Under the pieces are notes generated by a model. It was given only the letters and a program-made list of their open reading frames with translations, did not search any database and had not been told where the DNA came from. A DNA stretch of 63,699 nt, counting the filler, from Octopus bimaculoides (Eukaryota), in assembly GCF_001194135.2 (NCBI RefSeq). It is 7 parts of 6 records of this genome, joined end to end, with 100 filler letters (N's around TTAATTAATTAA, not from the genome) between each part and the next. Parts side by side here need not be neighbours in the genome. Positions count along the whole stretch, not along the records: positions 14,235 to 27,740 come from NC_069009.1; positions 27,841 to 49,546 come from NC_068985.1; 5 more parts are not named here. The stretch is one strand, 5' to 3'. Positions 24,363 to 36,890 of the stretch are shown here, in pieces. Each line of letters opens with the position of its first letter. The stretch's first letter is position 1. Made by a program: the position numbers and the translations under genes.

Positions 24363-26155
24363 CTACTCTGAAGAGTACCACTTTATATTCGTCGCCTTAA
24401 TATCTGAGTACTCGGTGTAGAGAACACAAGCTTTGAATTACACACCATCTACTCTCTGCGGATCCTTTCTGAAGTATGTTCTGCCTAGACTACTTTTAGG
24501 AGTACAGCCTTCAATTCGCTTGCAGATACTCTGAGGTGTTGAATCTTTGATATTCTCTATATACTCTAGGAGTACAATCTTACATTTACAACATTTACCT
24601 GTGATTACTTTCAGGAGTACAACCTTATAGTCATAACCATCACCTGTGTAAACTCTACAGAGTACAGCTTTCAATTCATCGCCTTTACTTTTGAATACTC
24701 CTTCAGGAGTACAATCTTATACTCTCCACATTTACCTGTGATTACTCTCAAGTAAACCTTATACTCACGTCCATCACCTGTGTATACTCTAAGGAGTACA
24801 GCTTTCAATTCATCGCCTTTACCTGTGGATACTCCTTCAGGAGTACAATCTTGTACTCTCCACATTTACCTGTGATTACTCTCAAGTGAACCGTATACTC
24901 ACATCCATCACCTGTGTATACTCTAAGGAGTACAGCTTTCAGTTCATCACCTTCACTTGTATACTCTCTGCAGCTGTGACCATTATTTTCAGATACTCTG
25001 AGGTGCTGAATTTTTGACTCACCATCTTGACAAGTGAATATACTCTAGGGAGTACAATCTTATGCTCACTTCCTTTACCTGTGATTACTCTAAAAGATAC
25101 AACCTCATACTCACCAACTTTACCTGTGTGTACTCTCAGGTGTACAACTTTCAGTTCGTCATCTTCATGTGTGTACACCCTCTGGAGTACAACCTTATAC
25201 CCAAGACTTTCACCTGTCTATACTCTCAGGAATACAGCCTTATACTCACAACCTGTAGTTGTGAATAATTTCAGGAGTACAACCTTTAACTCACCAGTGC
25301 AAACTCTGAGGTCTCTAATTTTTTTTGCTCACATTTTGACATCTAAGTACTTTCTCAAGAGTACTCTTTTATACTCATTCCATTCACCCATGAATACTTC
25401 AACGGTTCCAGACACCAATTCATGACTTCCACCTATGAGTACTCTTTGTAGGAAAGCCCAAACTTTCTTCTCATCCCACTTCATTTGTGAATACTCTGAT
25501 GTGCCCTATTGTTCACGTACCTTCTCGATGCGTGAATACTCTCTAAGGAGTACACACATATACTTGCCACCTTCATCTGTGAATATTGAATACTCTGAGT
25601 AGCATAAATTTATACCCACTACCTTCATTTCTTAACACTTGGTACTCTTTGAGAAGTACAATATTATTGTCACCAACTTCTCCTGTGAGGAGTACAAATT
25701 GATATTCACCACCTTTATCTGTTAACGCTGGATACTCTGAGGAGCACAGATTTATACTCACTACTTTCATCTGTGAATATTGGACGCTTGGAATAGGACT
25801 ATAAAATAAACTCACCACCTTCATTTGTGAATACTGAATACTCCAAGGGGAACAAATTTATATCATCCATCAACACTGGATACTCTCACGTTTGAGAGTA
25901 TTTGAGAGTATCTGAGGAGCACAATTTTATACATACCACCTTCGCCTGTTAATACCTGATACTCCAAAGCGGAGTTCAAAATTTATACTCACCACTTTTA
26001 CTTTTAAAACTAGATACTCTCTGTGGAGCACAATTTTATACTCACCGCCTTCACCTGTAAATACTCCAGAGGTTCCAAACATCAACTCATGACCTCCACC
26101 TATGAAATACTCTTAGAAGGAAAGCTCAACTGCCTACTCAGTACTTTCTTCTGCC
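24363..26155. repeat. Degenerate minisatellite of about 45-bp units with 134-bp higher-order periodicity and an internal TACTC-N-GAGTA palindrome
   Basis: Unit approximately TACTCT(A)AGGAGTACAANCTTATACTCACCANCTTCACCTGTGAA; agtacagctttca recurs at 24661, 24795 and 24929. Confidence 0.85.
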
Positions 26156-26554
26156 TATACTCTTTGACCAGTTCATTCCAGTCCATTTCAGTTCAGTCCT
26201 GTTCAATTTAGTTCAATCCAGTTCAGTCCATTCCAAATCTCTTGTCTATAACCACTGACTGGGTAAGAAAAAAACCCCCCCACAAATTGTCTTTGAGAAT
26301 ACAACCAAAGGTGGTGGAGACATTTTACTGATATATCCTAGAAAGTTTACCACTTTGAGGAATTTCTTCGTTAAGAACACATCCTTCAAAGTTCAGCAAC
26401 GCTGGAACTGGAGATAAATTTTAGAAACATCATAACGCTACATTGGTTGAAAACTTTAAGGTGACAATCACCTCTTGTGGAAAGGCAGGCTGTCTAATTT
26501 ATTTAATTAATTTCTATCAATTTGTTCTTGTAAAAGTGATAGCAATTCAAATTA

Positions 26555-27165
26555 AGCTAAGCTAAACCAGATTCAACCAGTTTATATCAGTTCAAAGCTG
26601 TTTAGATGAACCATATTCATACTAGACTAAACCAGTCCACACTAGACTAAAGCAGACCATACCATACCATACCATACAAAACAAGATCATACCACATCAT
26701 TTTAGACTAAATTATGCTATATTAGTGCATGCTAGTTTAAACCAGTCCATACTAGTCAAAATAGACCATACAAGACAAGTCTAAACATAGGTTAAACCAG
26801 ATCAAACCAAATTAAACCAGATTAGACTAGACTAGAATAAATCAACAAAATTAAACTAGTCTATGCTAAACTAATCTAGATCAAACCAAAATTAAACCAG
26901 ATCAGTTCAGATTAGACCAGATAAACTAGATTGAAGTAGATTATAATAAACTAGTTGGGTTAAATTAAAACCAGATAAATCCTAATTAAACAAAACGGGA
27001 GTAGATTAAACTTGATCAGATCAGATTAAACCAAAATACTCTAGAACAGGTTGGGTTAGAGGAGACTGCATTAAACTACATGAGACTTGTCCAAACTAAA
27101 CTAGGTTAGAACAAACTTGATAAAACTGGATTAGCTAAAACCAGAACAAACCAGATTAGTGTAAG
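26555..27165. repeat. Degenerate 5/10-bp satellite (AAACCAGATT / AGACT); a related CAGTT/CAGTC pentamer run lies at 26165-26235
   Basis: aaaccagatc aaaccaaatt aaaccagatt agactagact periodicity is visible. Confidence 0.8.
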
Positions 27166-27174
27166 GTACTCAAA

Positions 27175-27739
27175 ATGTTGGTGTTAAATGAATCAGATTT
27201 TGGATTATTGGATCTGACCGCTTTTAGCGAGAGCACAATTGTAGCTACGTCACCAAGTATCCGTTACAACTTGGAGGATGTGGTCACAGCAGCTACTACA
27301 AGGTCGAGCACTGCTAGTTCTGCTGTTGGAGCATCGGTAGCGATGGGACTAGGGGCATTGGGCCTGAAGTTGGGGGGCCATGGCGGCAGAACTGCTACTA
27401 CGATGACGAGGTCGACCACTGCTGCAACAACAACTGCAGCGGCGGCCATGGCGACGATGGGGGTCAATCATGTGACTGAGACGACGACAAAAACGACGAC
27501 GTTCGCTGCAGCTGTGGCAGCGACGGTTGCTAGTACAAGAACAACAGCGCCTACTTCGACAACGGTAACAGCAGCCACAACAACAACAACAACAGCTGCT
27601 GCAATAACCACTGCGGAAATACCGGCCATTGATGATTTATACAGCGGGCCAAACGAAGATGTGTCCTTGTCGGACGAGCTTCTTGCTCCCTTCCTCGACC
27701 TCAGTAACATCACATCCGACCTTGGATACTCGGAGTATG
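27175..27739 (+). CDS. Candidate coding exon/ORF, Thr/Ala-rich (mucin-like stalk) ending in an acidic segment with an N-glycosylation sequon (DLSNITSDLGYSEY); truncated by a gap
   Basis: A GC/CpG-rich island in an AT-rich context; the + frame stays open for 188 codons up to the gap, while the other frames I translated hit stops. Possible acceptor cttttag| at 27227/27228. Confidence 0.5.
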
Positions 27740-27868
27740 ANNNNNNNNNNNNNNNNNNNNNNNNNNNNNNNNNNNNNNNNNNNNTTAATTAATTAANNNN
27801 NNNNNNNNNNNNNNNNNNNNNNNNNNNNNNNNNNNNNNNNGCATATATATATATATATATACATACAT

Positions 27869-27909
<41 letters not shown>

Positions 27910-28940
27910 AGTGTGTGTGTGTGTGTGTCTGTGTCTGTGTGTGTCTCTGTGTGTTTGTGTGTATATATCTTTCCGTCTCTCATTCGGGCGCACACATACA
28001 TACATATAGACATACACGCACACATACATACATACATACATACATACATACATTCATACATACATACATGCGTACATACATATATACATGCATTTTAATG
28101 TTTCTAATGTAGCATTTCCCTCCTCACACAGACACACGCATTCACATTGATGCGCTCACTCACACAGACACACTCACACTCACTCACACTCGCACACATT
28201 CACTCACACTCACACGCACACACACACACACACTCTTCCCTAAACTACACCATCCCTCCGTTAAAAGAACAACTGATCTTTCACCTTTTTCTCTTTTGTT
28301 TTCCAAACCTCATTCGTCTCACACACACTCAAAATTTACAAACCTACACACCACAACGCAATGCACTCACACGTACACACATATACACACAAACACACAC
28401 ATACAAACACAAATAATGCACACGCACACACACTTTCATGTAAAGCTCACACGTATAAATACAGAGCTACAAAGACACCCTGTCTTATACTCACATGCGC
28501 GCTCTCACATCACATCACATCACATCACATCACATTACAACGTAGATTCTGGCAATATCGTCACTGAGATTTCCATTAACAACAACGTTGCCTCCTGTAA
28601 TCCAAGCGTCTAAAGTACTTGGGCGAAGATGATTGTCACAAACCACTAATGGCTCTTTGATGGAAACTTTTCAAACTACACACAAAAATGAAAATATATA
28701 TTTAAAATACGAAAGCAAACAAAAACAATTATAACGAAAATAGAATGGAATGAAATAAAATAAGAGAAAAAGCAAGCCTTTTGAGAAATGTTTAATGGAA
28801 CTTGTATTGGAGGCAAAAGATGAAAATGATGGCTTTCTGTATACCCACATTCATAAACATAACGATGTGTTTGGATAAAAGCAAAGAAATAAATCTACGA
28901 AAACAACCACCACCTATGTTAGAATATGCGTAAATGGTTG

Positions 28941-28988
<48 letters not shown>

Positions 28989-29018
28989 GAAAGATAGATA
29001 GATGGTCGGATACAAACG

Positions 29019-29066
<48 letters not shown>

Positions 29067-31060
29067 CAAATGTTTGTGCGGACATGCATGCATCTGTTTT
29101 TGTATCTATGTGTATAAAGGTATGTACGTATATGTTTACGTATGTATGTATGTATGTACATTTGTATGTATTTATGTATGTATGTATATATGTATGTATG
29201 CATGTATGTATGTATGTATGTATGTATGTATATATATATATATATATATATATANNNNNNNNNNNNNNNNNNNNNNNNNNNNNNNNNNNNNNNNNNNNNN
29301 NNNNNNNNNNNNNNNNNNNNNNNNNNNNNNNNNNNNNNNNNNNNNNNNNNNNNNNNNNNNNNNNNNNNNNNNNNNNNNNNNNNNNNNNNNNNNNNNNNNN
29401 NNNNNNNNNNNNNNNNNNNNNNNNNNNNNNNNNNNNNNNNNNNNNNNNNNNNNNNNNNNNNNNNNNNNNNNNNNNNNNNNNNNNNNNNNNNNNNNNNNNN
29501 NNNNNNNNNNNNNNNNNNNNNNNNNNNNNNNNNNNNNNNNNNNNNNNNNNNNNNNNNNNNNNNNNNNNNNNNNNNNNNNNNNNNNNNNNNNNNNNNNNNN
29601 NNNNNNNNNNNNNNNNNNNNNNNNNNNNNNNNNNNNNNNNNNNNNNNNNNNNNNNNNNNNNNNNNNNNNNNNNNNNNNNNNNNNNNNNNNNNNNNNNNNN
29701 NNNNNNNNNNNNNNNNNNNNNNNNNNNNNNNNNNNNNNNNNNNNNNNNNNNNNNNNNNNNNNNNNNNNNNNNNNNNNNNNNNNNNNNNNNNNNNNNNNNN
29801 NNNNNNNNNNNNNNNNNNNNNNNNNNNNNNNNNNNNNNNNNNNNNNNNNNNNNNNNNNNNNNNNNNNNNNNNNNNNNNNNNNNNNNNNNNNNNNNNNNNN
29901 NNNNNNNNNNNNNNNNNNNNNNNNNNNNNNNNNNNNNNNNNNNNNNNNNNNNNNNNNNNNNNNNNNNNNNNNNNNNNNNNNNNNNNNNNNNNNNNNNNNN
30001 NNNNNNNNNNNNNNNNNNNNNNNNNNNNNNNNNNNNNNNNNNNNNNNNNNNNNNNNNNNNNNNNNNNNNNNNNNNNNNNNNNNNNNNNNNNNNNNNNNNN
30101 NNNNNNNNNNNNNNNNNNNNNNNNNNNNNNNNNNNNNNNNNNNNNNNNNNNNNNNNNNNNNNNNNNNNNNNNNNNNNNNNNNNNNNNNNNNNNNNNNNNN
30201 NNNNNNNNNNNNNNNNNNNNNNNNNNNNNNATATATATATAGTTTACTTTTCCGTTAAAGTAAGGTCAACAACAAAGTACTCCTTATATAAGCACGCGTG
30301 CTTGTGCATGCGTGTGTATATGCATACATGCCCAAGCCTGTATCTATGTACCTGTGGTTATGAATGTGCGTTTGTGTGTATGTGTATATGTGTGCATGTA
30401 TGTGTATGCATTCTTTTGAACGTGCCTTTGCGTAGAACCTAGAAGCATTACAAAAATGAACACATCTCACATACTGCCTGCTTCAATCAAATGTCCAAAA
30501 CCTACGAAAAAAAATCATAATTATTGGTTTCAAATAATTTCCTTCTTTAGCTCCACCCATTGCTTTTAAAGGTTCATTTCAGTAGTGAGAGTGTTGCGTT
30601 GTTTGTTGGTTCTAATTTGCCATTTTACAGAATACACGCGTGAATTAGTTTTTAAGAGATTTTTATTCACCTTTTTATTTTTTGCTTTTTTGCTTTTTTG
30701 CTTTTCCTGAAGCAAATCTACGAAAAAGTAAAATTAATAGGTTGTTTTCTTTTCAACATTGACCTCTACAAAATACAACGTTTCATTATAGCAATCTACC
30801 GCTGCTAAGTTTCAAAATTATTTACATGGGCGTCGTTGTTCAGGCACTTTGCAGCGTGTATCAAAATATCACGGGAATACTGTTATAACTTTACAGCAGC
30901 TGTAAAGCCATGTACCATACTTGTTACTGGAATATAATATAAATATACTTATTAACACGAAGCCACACACTAGTAAACCAAAGAACACAGTCCAGACAAT
31001 CAATGCAATATTAAGAAGTTTTAATTTGAATATTCGAATGGTAAATTTCACCATTTAGAT

Positions 31061-31312
31061 CAGTGGTTCCCAACCATTTTTTTTACCAATGAATCCTTGA
31101 TTCCCATTTTACTTGGGGAGACCCTCATAGCCATTCAACTTTTAAAAACATCTTATATTTCTATAATTAAATTTTGCTAAGTTTTGCATTAAAACAATGG
31201 TGAAATATTTTGCACCTTGTAGAAGTACGACCAATTTATTGCACATAAATTGTAGCAACAAAATCTTAAAGGAGCCCCAAATGGTCATATGAACTCCGGT
31301 TGAGAACCACTG
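31061..31312. mobile_element. hAT (Charlie-like) MITE with 8-bp TSD
   Basis: TIRs CAGTGGTTCCCAACC / GGTTGAGAACCACTG; flanks ATTTAGAT (31053-31060) and ATTTAGAC (31313-31320). Confidence 0.85.
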
Positions 31313-31376
31313 ATTTAGACTGTTACAGCAGACACATACGCACAACACTTTTTTGTCACTTGATTATGCATCTGCA

Positions 31377-31616
31377 GAAGGCGGCAAGCTAGCAGAAACG
31401 TTAGCACGCCGGGCGAAATGCTTAGCGGTATTTCGTCTGCCGTTATGTTTTGAGTTCAAATTCCGCCGTGGTCGACTTTACCTTTCATCCTTTCGAGGTC
31501 GATAAATTAAGTACCAGTTGCGTACTGGTGCCGATGTAATCGACTTAATCCTTTTGTCTGTCCTTGTTTGTCCCCTCTAAGTTTAGCCCCTTGTGGGCAA
31601 TGAAGAAATAAGAAAT
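31377..31616 (+). mobile_element. SINE family B (aaggcggcgagctggcagaaacgttagcacgccgggcgaaatgc...); other copies at 42690-42922 (-), 5030-5240, 52122-52530, 52670-52820 (-), 53415-53620, 54880-55095 (-), 38140-38580 (-), 43200-43370 (-) and 62388-62435 (-)
   Basis: Many mutually alignable copies of varying divergence in the window. Confidence 0.8.
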
Positions 31617-31624
31617 AATCATTA

Positions 31625-31940
31625 AGGAGCACTCGGTCGGCTGCGACGTCGAGGGTCCCAGCTGATACGATCAACGGAACAGCTTGCTCGTGAAATTAAC
31701 GTGCAAGCGGCTGAGCACTCTGCAGACACGTATACACTTATCGTAGTTTTCGGGGAGATTCAGCGTGGCACAGAGTGTGACAAGACTGGCCCTTTGAAAT
31801 ATAGGTACCACTCATTTTTGCTAGCTGAGTGGACTGGAGCAACGTGAAATAAAGTGTCCTGCTCAAGGACACACAGTGAGTCGCCGAGAATCGAACTCAT
31901 GATCTTACAATCGTGAGCCGAATATTTTAACCACTTAGTT
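31625..31940 (-). mobile_element. SINE family A2 (different tRNA head and central part, same 3' module as A1); older copies at about 57340-57670 (+), partial copy 42925-43085 (+), head-only copies near 33240-33440 and 35870-36000
   Basis: The 3' module gtcacgctgaat..gaactacgttaagggtacacgtgtctgtggagtgctcagccacttgcacgttaatttcacgagcagg is shared with A1. Confidence 0.75.
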
Positions 31941-33156
31941 TTGATCTGAGAAACATGACAATAGCAACATACAACGATTTTAATATATTTAGTCTCATTT
32001 TCAATGTTCCCAACCTTTTACACATATATATAGTGTAATATATGCAGGAATATAGATATTTATATGAGGCCACACTCGCACAAAGACACACACACATACA
32101 CACTCACATGCATATTACAACACACACGTGTGTGTATGTGTTTGTCGATGCATATTTATAAATGAATGAATTATTTCATGTTCATACCAATACAAACACA
32201 CAAAATATTTTATTGTGTGTATATGTATATATATGGGCATACATGTGCGTCTGCATACATACGCGTACGTGTGTGTATGTGCATACTCTTAGCAAACAAG
32301 GTACTAAATGGAAAACTGGAGGAAAACTTGTGTCAACATTAAGAAACAATATTGGCACCAGTTGATAGAATGTACTGAAATGTGGATAATCTGTTGCTGT
32401 CAGATGGCGACAGTTCTGTTGACAGAAAGCAAAGATATGACAATGCTTAGTATTTATAGAAAGGTATAAATTTATTTGTTTGAAGTCATAAAGATGAAAT
32501 TAAAATATGAATGTTATATAAATATATTTAAGGTGTAGGGGTAAAAGAAAACAAGCGGAATGACTGAAAATATGTTGCCAAGCAGACGTGATATTTTTCA
32601 ATGTTTTGTTCCACAGACAGAATGGCCCAAATTATTTGTGAAAGACTGGCTGGCGCCAAATCTTTGAGGTCCTTGATTGCTTGGAGTATTCAAAATTTCC
32701 GCCCTTGTTTTAGAGTCATTTTTTAAATTATTGATGTGGTTTTTGTCACACAGTGACAAAAGTGAGATAAATGGAATTAAAACAGTGAGATAAGTGACAA
32801 AAATTAGATAAGTGGAATTAAAGAACAGAAAAATTACTTGAAGTACCTACATTTGTGCTCTGATTTCAGTTTCGTTTTGTAGTTATTTGGTTTTATCACA
32901 CGACCTCCGAGAGCAAAGACATAAATGCATTTGGTTACCAGATAAATCTTGTATAAATTAATGATTGCAAGAGAACTGTTAATATCTATGTGCTTACAAA
33001 CAGTTGAGATATGGAAATAAAAGGATAACCGTAGAAGTTTGTACAAGGCAGGAGAATGTGCTAGAATATCATGCTATGGGTGAAGAAGAGAGATCATTGT
33101 CTCAAATGGGATTCAGTAGTCACCGTATGCAACTAGCTAACAACAGGGACTAGATA

Positions 33157-33192
<36 letters not shown>

Positions 33193-33522
33193 AAAAGCAG
33201 GTTGTGCAGACGGCACGTTGATAGTACAAAGGTTCCACGTTATACACAATCAATTATTAGAAATGCGAAGGTTCGTGGGCTTATGGTTAGGATACTTGTA
33301 TTATAATCGCAATATCAAGTGTTTAGTTCCTGGAACGGATAGTACGTTGAGCATTTGAGCTAGGCACTGCATTTGCTTTCACGTCGATCTAGTCTGTTTA
33401 CCAACATTAGCCAACGAGTATTAGCCAGCGTATTGATACAGCTCTCTGTTTGTTCAGGTATTACATCCTAGATGTTCCGCTGTGTGAGTAGGCCCAGACG
33501 GTGCTCGTGTCTGTTCGCAACT

Positions 33523-33905
33523 GTTGACACTCCGTCGCTTGCGACGTCGAGGGTTCCAGTTGATCCGATCAACGGAACAGCTTGCTCGTAAAATTAATGT
33601 GCAAGTGGCTGAGCACTCCACAGACACGTGTACCCTTAACGTAGTTCTCTGGGATATTCTGCGTGACACATAGTGTGACAAGGCTGACCCTTTGAATTAC
33701 ATGCACAACAGAAACAGGAAGTAAGAGTGAGAGAAAGTTGTGGTGAAAGAGTACAGCAGGTTTCGCCACCATAACCTGCCGGAGCCTCGTGGAGCTTTAG
33801 GTGTTTTCGCTCAATAAACACTCACAACGCCCGGTCTGGGAATCGAAACCGAGATCCTATGACCGCGAGTCCGCTGCCCTAACCACTGGGCCATTGCGCC
33901 TCCAC
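33523..33905 (-). mobile_element. Full-length SINE, family A1
   Basis: Reverse complement of the 23040 copy; 12-bp TSD CTGTTCGCAACT at 33511-33522 and 33906-33917. Confidence 0.9.
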
Positions 33906-35072
33906 CTGTTCGCAACTACACAGGCACCAAAAGAATTAGCAAATACTTATTACCAAGCCATATTCGCTCATTTATGAGAGCTGGCTTTACTCTCATTATA
34001 TCATTAATTTCCTTCTAAAAAATATGAGTGATGAACAAAAACTTCATTTATCAAATTAATGAAAATCCACCACCATCCGAACTATGTCTGTTGTTACCAT
34101 GTAACCTCCAAGATGGCGACAACAATGATGATAAAAATGACACCAACGCCAGTTATTTCCAGCACCATTACTATTAAAGCTTTGCTGCCTACTATCACTA
34201 CCACTTACTTTTCTATAAAGAAGAGACGGTCACGTCTATTTCTCTATTTCCCCTAGGTAATGAAGACCATCTTCTTAAGCATGCCTTTCTCCATTTCACA
34301 ATGTCAAAAGTCATAATTCCAAAACCGCCATATTTCTTCAGCGACAGTTGCATTACAAATATGCAAAGAAAAAGCACACCCTATATCAACTTACAAAAAT
34401 TAAGCACCTCTATCAACTGGTTGGATTTTATTCACTACCGCAATTCTTGCAAAGTTACCATTCGTAAAGTAATTTAATTATTTGAGACTTAAATATATTT
34501 AAACTTGCTTGTATATATCAAAATTAATTCAGTTTGACTATACGGTACTTCTTAGAAATACTTTATGTATACATGAGTAGTCATATAACTATGGCTTGCT
34601 TTAAGTTTTACAATGCGGTTTCACAGCCATTTAAAAATGCTTCGTGCCATTTCTCCCAACTCTCTATGCAATGTGTTCGATTCTCACCGAGGCAATTTTG
34701 CTTTTCATCTTTCCGCAATCGATAAAATACATGAATCCTGAACAGTGAGCAACATAACCATAAAACGTTGGGTCGGACACCTTGCCTTATTTGTTTCGGA
34801 TCTTTTCGGTCTGAGTTTAAATCCCACCATAGCCTACTTCGGTGGTAGTTGAGCCAGGTCTCCCGTTTGAGGATACCTTCTTCCAGTGAAAAAGTGAAGG
34901 AGGAAGCTTTCGTCTTGAACAAAAGATTGCAGAAAGTGAAGGGGAGAGTTTTTGTCTGTATGTCGAGTCACCATAATGAATATAAAATAAAATGTTTCCA
35001 TGGGGTCCATCTTTTGCAGAAATTAATTTTCAAGATTCTTTATTCTTTTTCATTTATTTATTTAATGCGCAA

Positions 35073-35448
35073 TGGCCCAGTGGTTAGGGCAGCGGACTCG
35101 CGGTCGTAGGATCGCGGTTTCGATTCCCAGACCGGGCGTTGTGAGTGTTTATTGAGCTAAAACACCTAAAGGTCCACCAGACTCCAGCAGGAGGTAGTGG
35201 CAAACCCTGCTGTACTCTTTCACCACAACTTTCTCTCACTCTTACTTCCTGTTTCTGTTGTGCCTGTAATTCAAAGGGTCAGCCTTGTCACACTGTGTCA
35301 CGCTGAATATCCCCGAGAACTACGTTAAGGGTACACGTGTCTGTGGAGTTCTCAGCCACTTGCACGTTAATTTCACGAGCAGGCTGTTCTGTTGATCGGA
35401 TCAACTGGAACCCTCGACGTCGTAGCCGACGGAATGCCACCCCCACCC
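35073..35448 (+). mobile_element. Near full-length SINE, family A1
   Basis: Homologous to the 23040 copy; 13-bp TSD ATTTAATGCGCAA at 35060-35072 and 35449-35461. Confidence 0.9.
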
Positions 35449-36809
35449 ATTTAATGCGCAAGGGCGAAAGAGAAAGAGAGAAAGGGAAAGAGAGAAAGAA
35501 AGAAATGGCAGCTAAATTACTCTCAAATCAAATCACTCTTAAATCAGATCAAAAGTTTAAGAATGGAGTCTCACTGGAAAGTGTATTTATGCGTATTATA
35601 TGGTTTTAGTTTCGATCATCAATCTATTAAATTAGAGATGAGCTCTTACTAAATAGCAACATACACTCACACGCACACGTACACGCACTCGCACAAACAC
35701 ACATACACAAACACACACTCTAATACACACCAGGCACACACGCACAGAAGCACTTACACATAATCACACATAGATACATGCATGCATATACACACACAAG
35801 CACACAAAAACACATAGATACATGCATGTTTACACACATACACACAGAGAGAGAAAGAGAGAGGGTGAAGGCATGCAACAATGTGTTTGGCTTACGGTCA
35901 TAATGTGACAGGTTCAATTCCGAGATCGGGCGGCGCGTTGCGTCCTTGAGAAAGTTACTTCTCGTTTCACGTTGCACTCCCTACAGCTGTCACATAGCGA
36001 GGTGCAGCAGAATGAAATGGTGTGACAGTCGAGACAGTGTCCATGTTCCCTTGGGATTACACACAAACTTAAAACAATTAACGAAAGCATGGTACATGAT
36101 ACCAAGCTTTACTTGTTCGTGGGTGACGGTTGTCTGTTACACATACACGCACACACACACGCACACATACATACATGCAAACATACACACAGATATATAA
36201 CATATGTGTGTGTGTGTGTGTATATANNNNNNNNNNNNNNNNNNNNNNNNNNNNNNNNNNNNNNNNNNNNNNNNNNNNNNNNNNNNNNNNNNNNNNNNNN
36301 NNNNNNNNNNNNNNNNNNNNNNNNNNNNNNNNNNNNNNNNNNNNNNNNNNNNNNNNNNNNNNNNNNNNNNNNNNNNNNNNNNNNNNNNNNNNNNNNNNNN
36401 NNNNNNNNNNNNNNNNNNNNNNNNNNNNNNNNNNNNNNNNNNNNNNNNNNNNNNNNNNNNNNNNNNNNNNNNNNNNNNNNNNNNNNNNNNNNNNNNNNNN
36501 NNNNNNNNNNNNNNNNNNNNNNNNNNNNNNNNNNNNNNNNNNNNNNNNNNNNNNNNNNNNNNNNNNNNNNNNNNNNNNNNNNNNNNNNNNNNNNNNNNNN
36601 NNNNNNNNNNNNNNNNNNNNNNNNNNNNNNNNNNNNNNNNNNNNNNNNNNNNNNNNNNNNNNNNNNNNNNNNNNNNNNNNNNNNNNNNNNNNNNNNNNNN
36701 NNNNNNNNNNNNNNNNNNNNNNNNNNNNNNNNNNNNNNNNNNNNNNNNNNNNNNNNNNNNNNNNNNNNNNNNNNNNNNNNNNNNNNNNNATGTATGTACA
36801 CACATACAC

Positions 36810-36810
<1 letters not shown>

Positions 36811-36890
<80 letters not shown>
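36811..36890. repeat. (GATA)n microsatellite. Representative of abundant simple repeats, including (TA)n, (CA)n, (TATG)n, (AGT)n at 33160-33190 and 40165-40227, (ATC)(ATT) at 38010-38085, A36 at 12752-12787 and a 19-bp x3 at 40493-40540
   Basis: Directly visible. Confidence 0.95.

Noticed and set aside
24363-26155. CRISPR-array interpretation of the palindromic repeats
   Set aside because: The spacers are homologous to each other, the repeats are degenerate, no cas genes are present, and the context is eukaryotic.
30869-31054. 61-aa ORF resembling a transmembrane helix
   Set aside because: Hydrophobicity is expected from T-rich codons; there is an in-frame stop just upstream, the start abuts a MITE, and no splice support exists.
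34059-34256. AAGATGGCG (YY1/start-like) followed by a short ORF
   Set aside because: The downstream sequence is cryptic trinucleotide low complexity and ends after about 47 codons.
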